64,000 nt of DNA from Eledone cirrhosa. Its lineage: Eukaryota. Where the stretch lies: contig OZ024743.1 of NCBI GenBank assembly GCA_964016885.1, positions 35,836,001 through 35,900,000 on the forward strand. The letters are read 5' to 3'. The notes beneath the pieces were generated by a model. That model was not told the DNA's origin. It did no database searches and was given only the letters and a program-made list of their open reading frames with translations. The first letter of the stretch is position 1, and every line of letters begins with the position of its first letter. The position numbers were made by a program, and so were the translations under genes. This document shows positions 55,498 through 64,000 of this stretch, one piece after another.

Positions 55498-56622
55498 GTC
55501 AGGTCACCAGTTGGTGTTACTGGTAACATGTATCCCAGTACAACCTGTCTCATGGTCGGGTCGTTGGCGACTAAACTAGCAACCCCACCAAGGTTTCTTG
55601 GTGAGGAGGGTGACTTTGGACATCCTGCAGGACTAAAAACAAAACCTGTCAAAGGGCAAAGGAGCTCTTAAGAGTCAATGGCCATCCAAAATCACTGGGA
55701 GAGATCACCCCTTAGCCTTTGTTAAGGCAGAATTCTAGGAGAAGGAAAACTCTGACATAACACCTGCAACCCTGATGGTATCCAATGATGTTGACTTGTT
55801 CTTCTTTTTGGTAAATATCATCTTGGTTAAGAGAGTGGGACTGGCTTTGTGCAGTGCCTTTGCTCACTATAAAAGCTTCACGGCACAGGTATTGCTTTAT
55901 ATCTGGAGATCTCTCTGCACTTGTCGTCACATGGTACCATGGGCCCAGCACCGTGTCAATAATTGTCACAAGAGTTGTGTTTGTACCAGAGTTTTCAAGT
56001 CGCTGGCTGGACTAAATATCACACTCGTTCAGCGCATCGGTAGGGTTCTCCTACATGGATATAAAGTAGTGGCCGTACTCGAAAACGAGTTGGCAGCCAC
56101 CATGTATGTATGTATGTATGTATGTATGTATGTATGTATGTATGTATGTATGTATGTGTTATATCAGAGTTTTCCTTCTCCTAGAATTCTGCCTTGACAA
56201 AGGCTAAGGGGGTCATCTCTCCCGGTGGTTTTTAATGGTATCCAATGATGTTGACTTGTTCTTCTTTTTGGTAAATATCATCTTAGTTAAGAGAGTGGGA
56301 CTGGCTTTGTGCAGTGCCTTTGCTCACTATAAACGCTTCACGGCACAGGCATTGCTTTATATCTGGAGATCTCTCTGCACTTGTCGTCACATGGTACCAT
56401 GGGCCCAGCACTATGTGTCAATAATTGTCACAAGTGTAGTGTTTGTACCAGAGTTTTCAAGTCGCTGGCTGGACTAAAAAGTCACACTCGTTCAGCGCAT
56501 CGGTAGGGGTTCTCCTACATGGATATAAAGTAGTGGCCGTACTCGAAAACGAGTTGGCAGCCACCATGTATGTATGTATGTATGTATGTATGTATGTATG
56601 TATGTATGTATGTATGTATGTA

Positions 56623-56657
<35 letters not shown>

Positions 56658-57208
56658 ATGTATGTATGTATGTATGTATGTATGTATGTATGTATGTATG
56701 TATGTATGTCGGGTCACTCTTGAGTGCTACTGGTAACATGTAACGCAGTACAACCTGTCGCTTGGTTGAGTCGCCGGCAACTAAACCGGCAACCCCACCA
56801 AGTTTACTTGGTGAGGAGGGTGATTTTGGACACCCTGCAGGACAAAAAACAAAACCTGACAAAGGGCGGAAGAACACATAAAGGTCAACGGCCATCCCAA
56901 AGTGTGTAAATATGTATATACACATGTACCGCGCGGTTAAACCACTGGGAGTGAAGGACCCCTAGCCTTTGTCAGGGCATTCTTTTAGGAGAAGGCAACT
57001 CAGGAAACTAGGATAACTCTGATATAAAACCTGCGGCTCAGTAGTTACCGATGATGTTGATCTTTTCTTCTTTTCGGGTTATAGCTACTGTCGCTCAGAG
57101 AGTGGGATTGGCTCAGTGCACAGCATTGCACGATAGAATTAATTAATAATTATTAATAATGGTATATCGTGCAATGGCCATACTCGATAACGAAGGGGCA
57201 GCCATCAT
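55498..57208 (+). mobile_element. Three SINE-like non-autonomous retroelements with (ATGT)n tails (55498-56102, 56157-56566, 56709-57208)
   Basis: Shared 5' ~200 bp in copies 1 and 3. Shared 3' hairpin CTCG-A(A/T)AA-CGA..GCAGCCA.C before ATGT repeats. No Pol III boxes seen. Confidence 0.75.
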
Positions 57209-57529
57209 GTATATATGTATCTATGTGTGTATGTATGTATGCATGTATGTATGTGTGTATGTATGTATGTATGTATGTATGTATGTATGTATGCATATAT
57301 GTATGTGTGTATGTATGTATGCATGTATGTATGTGTGTATGTATGTATGCATGTATGCATGTATGTATGAATGCATATATGTTTGCATGTATGCATATTT
57401 GTATGTATGCATGTATGCATGTATGTATGCATGTATGTATGTATGCATGTATGTATGCATGTATGTATGCATGTATGTATGTATGCACGTATGTATGTAT
57501 GTATGTATATATGTTTAGAAAGAGAGCGA

Positions 57530-58062
57530 GAGAAGCGTGTAGAAAGAGAGAGAGAGAGAAGGTGGTAGAATGAGAGAGAGAGAAGGAGAGAGAGAGAAGG
57601 TGTAGAAAGAGAGAGAGAAAGAGAGTGAGAGAAGGGGGTAGAAAGAGGGAGAGAGAGAAGGGGTAGAAAGAGAGTGTGAGAGAGAAGGGGGTAGAAAGAG
57701 GGAGAGAGAGATGGGGTAGAAAGAGAGAGTGAGAGAAGGGGGTAGAAAGAGGGAGAGAGAGAAGGGGTAGAAAGAGGGAGAGAGAGAAGGAGGTAGAAAG
57801 AGGGAGAGAGAGAAGGGGGTAGAAAGAGAGAGAGAGAGAGAGAAGGGGGTAGAAAGAGGGAGAGAGAGAAGGGGGTAGAAAGAGGGAGTGGGAGAAGGGG
57901 TAGAAAGAGAGAGAGAGAGAGAGAGAAGGGGGTAGAAAGAGAGTGTGAGAGAGAAGGAGGTAGAAAGAGGGAGAGAGAGAAGGGGGTAGAAAGAGAGAGA
58001 GAGAGAGAGAGAATGGGGTAGAAAGAGGGAGGGAGAGAAGGGGTAGAAAGAGGGAGAGAGAG
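57530..58062. repeat. Polypurine minisatellite (~25-bp AGAAAGAGGGAGAGAGAGAAGGGGGT)
   Basis: Direct reading. Confidence 0.9.
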
Positions 58063-58317
58063 ATCCGAATATGCATGTAATAATCATCCATATAATATGT
58101 ACATAATCTTTTCTTTTTCCCGCTCTCTCGCTTACACACACACACACACATATATATACGTATTTATATATATATTACATTTGTATGTATATATACACAT
58201 ATGTATATATACATACATATATACACACACATATATATATATGCATACATATACGTACATATATACGCAACACACACACACATATATATATATACGTATA
58301 TATATATATATATATAT

Positions 58318-58407
<90 letters not shown>

Positions 58408-58638
58408 TCTAGGGCATATTCCATTGGTGTGTGAGAGGAGGAAGGCAGCATTAAGGACATATGCTGTAAAAGGGAGAAAGATAGCTTTGATGTTAAAACA
58501 ATTAATCGACATTCTTTTGATTAAGGTCAAGCGCCACCATTAAAGCTTGTCTCATGTTTATGTACAGGAGTCACTACTGAGCCCACTCTATAACTTCATA
58601 CATCACTCCTTAATTTTATTTTCCTTGGTCTATCATCC

Positions 58639-58694
<56 letters not shown>

Positions 58695-58842
58695 CTTTCT
58701 CTCCCCCTCTCTCTCTCACTCACTTTCCCCCTCTCCCTCTCGCCCTCTCTCTATCCCTGTTTTTATCACTCTTTCACATTCATAATACCACTTCCGGTTC
58801 GATTACATGACTATTTCTTTAACATTTTCATGCAACACACAA

Positions 58843-58904
<62 letters not shown>

Positions 58905-59199
58905 CCCCCTCTCTCTCTCTCCACACATACACACACATACGAGTTCTTTCCCTTGATTACCGTTTCTAGATTTCAACACCTCTAAATAACGAGGATAACC
59001 TTAGTCGTCTGAAGCTTTTTCTATTCACCATATTTCGAGATTCTACTGAATTTTCTGCTGTTACAATATATATATATATATATGGGGAGGTATATATGTG
59101 TTTGTGTGTGGCTGTGTTTGTCTGTGTGCATGTTTGTGTGTGGTGTGTGTGTGTGTGTGTATGCATGTGTGTGTGTGCTTGTGCGTATGTATGTATTAA

Positions 59200-60600
59200 G
59201 AAGGGTTTCCTAACTCTAGCTGTCAAACCGAAAATTCCCAAGGCACTCATCACCTCCAGAGTTGGGTTGTATGACAAATCGTTCCCCTTAAGTTCCACTA
59301 TGACACTCCTGCCGAAGGTATTGGATTGAAGACGGAAAATTACGAAGGCTAATTCCAGGAGAACACTAGTGCAATTGGCAATTTCCTGAATGGTGTGTCC
59401 ACAGAACATCTCTGGAAAATGTTCATCACACACACTAAAATAACACCGCTGAACGCTTCCTTGTGATTCTTAAATCACCCATCGTACTCTGAAACAGCCG
59501 ATTGCAAAGTTTAAGTTCCAAAGCACCAGCCGAGTCATCCTGTGGTACATCTCTATTGAAATATAAGTCATGGTTAGTGGAGCACTGCGTAGAACATTTC
59601 AAGTTCCTTAACCAGATTAAAGCTGTGAACCCAGCAGACAATGAGATAATTTTGTGAAATTCCCGTCATGTGATATCATTATGAGTCACCGATGTTTGTT
59701 GAATTTAGTGCTGCCATGAAAGTGTTAAGGAATCAGGACATAATTCCAGTAAAAGTCACGGAAGGGGAAGTTACCTTTGCTGAAACATGTTTTGTTACGA
59801 CATCAGTAAGGCATGGAAGGGAACCGGCGTATATACTTCAACAATACTAAGATGAAACCATATACAAAAATAAGGAAGACAAATCTGCTTAATCCAATAG
59901 TAAGAGTATTGTAGTTCTGTTCATCAGGCACACAACACTGGCCCTGTCCCATCAATATCTGAAAAAACACACAAGACTCACAGTGGAACTTCCGCAAGGA
60001 CCGAAACATTCATATAATCATATTCCTTGTTAAAAGGCAGCGGAAGGAGAAATTCCGGGAGCAACAGCAGAACCTGTTCTTGTATTTGTAGATGGATCTG
60101 TCAAAGACCTCTGAGGCTGTAAACAAGCAGCTTCTATAGGATGTTGTCAGAAAGTGTGATTGAATATCCAAATTCGAAAATCTCAGCCATTTTTATATAT
60201 TGATAATGGTTTGAGTTGTTGCAGGAAGACAAAGATTTAAGTCGTTCAGGGTCGACACGGAAATCAAGTAAAGTTACTTGTTGAATCCTGTTCTACATAA
60301 TATCTTCATCATCAGTGTGGTCACAAACACACTGTTACGCAGGAATATGAGGAGGGAGACGAGATTCATACCAGCAACTACCCCCATACCTAGGTTTTTG
60401 TTGAACAGACAATCTCCTGTATCGGTACAAGACTTGAACTATATATAGCTTAAATATCCTTTCAGTCAACAGGCGAGATTGATTTCATCTATCAGTGATC
60501 AACTACGCAGCACTTTAACGGAGGACATAACCAAGCAGAAAACTGAAAAATTGTTCCTGCCTACACTACATCTTAGTGCCACTACACAAGCAAGGAAGCT
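59200..60600 (-). pseudogene. Possible heavily decayed LTR-retrotransposon (Gypsy-like) pol remnant
   Basis: Weak RNase H-like fragments by eye (LLPLPFNKEY..NVS, PDEQNYNT, DLYF..AGAL), with many stops. Confidence 0.3.
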
Positions 60601-60679
60601 ACGGAAGTTGTAGTATTTCATTTTCGTAGATGTATGTGATGGACAACTTCCTTAATGACAGTGCCACCACATGACTAAT

Positions 60680-60940
60680 CCTCGTGTCAGGACTTGCGAT
60701 GGACCAAGTTTTTAGTGCGGAGAACTAGCACAGCATCATCGATACTCTCTAGAATCATCATTGAAGATAGCGAGTTTGGCTTTTACGCCTACCTCCCTTC
60801 TTCTGATTACTCAATGCTGAAGCTGATGCATTACTGCACCAACTCCTGCAGTTCTTGCACTTAATTCAGCCTCCTGCCTTCCACCACGGCCCCGAGATAC
60901 TTGAACTTCTTTTACAAATAGCATGTGTATTCAGTCAGCT
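60680..60940 (-). pseudogene. Possible decayed RTE-type LINE fragment
   Basis: Minus strand KFKYLGAVVEG..RTAGVGAVMHQL. Confidence 0.4.
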
Positions 60941-61017
60941 ATTTTGGGGAATATATATATATATATGTGTGTGTGTGTGTATATATGTATACATATATGT
61001 GTATGTGTGTGTGTGTT

Positions 61018-61189
<172 letters not shown>

Positions 61190-61500
61190 GTGTATTAGTT
61201 CACCAAGTAAGACATTCACTATCAACTTTAAACAGGACTCAATAACTATAATTATCGAGTGCAACTGTCAACTGGATGCTACTTTGGCGGCCATTACTGT
61301 CCGAAAGAATATATGAAGCGGCCAAAATATTAGTGATGTTTTGACAGAGGTGCTTCATATTACTGTTGGCGCTGGTCTGGTAGATGGTTGTAAGTTTTTT
61401 AAGCACCATTCAAACTTAATCGAACAGACGGATAATCAAACATATAACCCTAGCCGTGACTATTCCGCCTTCTTCCGGCTACATTGGTCAATATATTTTA

Positions 61501-61712
61501 CAGGGTGACCATAAAAACACTCATTGATTTCAAATACTTATAATATCAAAAGTTAAATGAATATTCTTACAATATTGGTGGCTACAGTTACATAAACTAA
61601 CAAAGTTCTTTTCCTCATTTACAGAATCGACTCAATCCGCTAGATGACGGTGTAATTCAAGATGGCGTTCACTCCACAACAACATAGTTGGTGTGTTTTT
61701 GTGGTCACCCAA
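61501..61712. mobile_element. Mariner-type MITE
   Basis: TA-CAGGGTGACCATAAAAACAC ... GTGTTTTTGTGGTCACCCAA-TA. Confidence 0.7.
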
Positions 61713-62877
61713 TAGTTTATTAATGATTGTAAGATATGATTTGAGGGATACTTAAGGAGTCATTTCTTCCAGCTCTATTTACTACATAGATGTTCACTCA
61801 TGCTAGTTGTTGATGTTAAGCCTTAGGACGTCATAAAGAAAAAAAATTTATTGTCTAATCTAATTTTCTTTATTCGTGAGATAAGGTGTCAATTGATTTA
61901 TATTTGGGGGCTATTTCTAGCAGCTCGCGTTACCATGCAGAGGGACCCCCATGCTAGTTGTTGTTGATGTAGTTGAGTGTGATGGCTGGTTGTATTTGGT
62001 TTTGTTGATAAGAAGAAAGACGTTAGATTTAGTAGATGCTATAAATAAATAAATAAATATATGGCTTCGTATCTATCTATATGTATTTAGTTACGCTGTG
62101 AAATTAGGCCCACGAGGATATTTTCGGCTGCTTGCATGAGGATCCTAGCGACGTGCTTCAATGCTATTCAACGATTCAATAAGAGCGGCTCACCTTTCAT
62201 TCATAATTTTCTTTGAAGACAGTTTTCTGTGTGATTGATGTAAGCTTGGATTAATGGTATATCTTTGGAATGTTTTTTGTTGTTTGATCCTCACCCCAGC
62301 CCTGTGGTAGCAGACCTATGGTTAAATGAGTTCCAGGCGTTACCATTCAATTTTTCATTCAGAATAGTGTAGCTATGACAAAGCGGTGAATTGGTAGAGC
62401 CATTAGGGCGGCGGTTAACATGCGACGCTAATGGCAACTTTGTCTTTCATTTTTTTTCGGGGTCGATATATAAAGTAACAGACCAATACTAGGTTCGATT
62501 TCTTCGCTACTCGAGTTTGGAAGAACTCGCCTGTGTTCAGATCTGGAGGGATACTGCAAGGTTAAAAAAAAAGGCCCAATATACGCCGTATGTCATGAGA
62601 GCGTCCCTACGTCCTTATTAAGAGTTATAGAACAAGTGACAGTGACAGTAACGACAACGACTACATTAATCTTTCCTTACGTAAGATCGTAGTAGGGTGT
62701 GATATTGTTCACTTATCTTTTTACTGGGACATCGCCTTCAAGGAAATTAGACGATCATAGCAACCTCAGTACTTTTATTGTTTTTAAGTCTGGTACGTAT
62801 TTTATCGGTCTCTTTTTGTCGAACCGTACAGTTTACAGGACACAAACAGACACACACCTATATGCACGCACGCAGCA

Positions 62878-62949
<72 letters not shown>

Positions 62950-62952
<3 letters not shown>

Positions 62953-63165
62953 CAAAGAGGGTGTGGTAAGATGCCAGGTGGACCATAACGCACCAGAGTA
63001 CTCAATACTTAACTTTGATAACTTTGATAGGTTTTGGCCAGTATTGGCCCAGGCCATGTCTAACTTAATAACATCACTTAGGGTAGTAGAGTGGGTGATA
63101 GAAAAAGAGTCAGGACCCTGACGGCTGAGCTCCGGCCGTTTCGACAGCTAGATCCTGACTCTTTT

Positions 63166-63219
<54 letters not shown>

Positions 63220-64000
63220 AACAAGTAAGACCCCGACGGCTGAGCTCAAGCCGTTTCGACGGCTAATTCTGGACTGAATAAAAATTTATTCTGGTATTTA
63301 AATAGCCGAGCTTATCAAGGGGTAATTCCATATATGGTCAAAGAGACAATCACCAGGATTAGTCACATCACAAGTTAGTAGTAAATCGGTGATGGCAAAT
63401 TGGTGGGGGAAGGGGTAGCTAAACCTGCCGGTAGGAGAAAAAGGGAGAGGAGGTGGAGTAGACCCATTCATGAGTTGGTAGTGCCGGCTACAGCTGGGCG
63501 TGAGGTCAAATGGATACTGGGGAGGGGGAGGGGGAGGAATTCGAAACGGTAAGTAGAACAATGGAGGGTAAAACTATAAACAGTACTGAGAGAGAAAAAA
63601 AAAAAAAAAAAAAAAAGCAAAGTCTGGTTACTAAGACTTAAGTCTCTCGCTATTGCTAGGTTAAAGAAATACATAAATAAATAAACAAATACGTGAATAA
63701 AAGAATAGATAAATAAATTATTTGATAACTTTGATAGGTTTTGGCCAGTATTGGCCCAGGCCATGTCTAACTTAATAACATCACTTAGGGTAGTAGAATG
63801 GGTAATAGAAAAAGAGTCAGGACCCTGACGGCTGAGCTCCGGCCATTTCGATTTATTTATCTATTCTTTATTTATCTATTCCAGAATTAGCCACCGAAAC
63901 GGCTTGAGCTCAGCCGTCGGGGTCTTACTTGTTCCTATTACCCACTCTACTACCCTAAGTATTGAGTACTTTGGTGCGTTATGGTCCACCTGGTTCCTTA
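62950..64000. mobile_element. Nested/inverted Penelope-like pseudo-LTR array (two related subfamilies), runs off window end
   Basis: 63218-63273 is inverted to 63880-63936. Block 63013-63137 is repeated at 63721-63845. Four hammerhead 3' halves are present. Confidence 0.75.
63230..63323 (-). ncRNA. Type I hammerhead ribozyme, U3-A8 core variant
   Basis: Minus: ACCCC-TTGATAA-GCTCGGCTA..TAGCCGTC-GAAA-CGGCT(TGAGCTC)AGCCGT-C-GGGGT. GUC triplet; loop III contains palindrome GAGCTC. Confidence 0.82.

Noticed and set aside
51389-57208. Composite transposon bounded by 380-bp inverted repeats enclosing Tc1 and a LINE
   Set aside because: The repeats are diverged copies of a tailed retroelement family in opposite orientation, with no TSD or TIR signature. 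Likely independent insertions.
61636-61670. CTCF/YY1-like motifs (also ~22151, ~31005, ~33666)
   Set aside because: Short matches expected by chance or inside a MITE, with no supporting context

Overview
Repeat-saturated, AT-rich eukaryotic (animal) DNA. I found no supportable host protein-coding exon, and nearly all ORF-track entries are translations of microsatellites. The mix of microsatellites, SINEs and LINEs resembles an octopus/cephalopod-type genome (inference). Recognisable content: large minisatellites (52-bp, 41/50-bp, ~30-bp units); R4/Dong-type LINE fragments (one set in (TAA)n); Tx1/L1-type fragments in (GATA)n; an RTE-type fragment with a PHD-like insert; a Penelope GIY-YIG endonuclease remnant; an internally deleted DD37D Tc1/mariner; a MITE; and many tRNA-derived SINEs. 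The most striking signal is an RNA system not visible in the ORF track. About ten type I hammerhead ribozyme motifs, from several unrelated Penelope-like pseudo-LTR families, are present. Most have self-complementary (dimer-type) stem III, and two carry the compensatory U3-A8 core. Most sit in short palindromic elements within (TA)n tracts or in the loops of long fold-back elements (43.1-45.9 kb). There is also a broken hammerhead at the 5' end of an R4-type LINE, and a candidate HDV-like fold at the 5' end of an (ATGT)n-tailed SINE-like family. Structures were folded by eye and some element boundaries are approximate.
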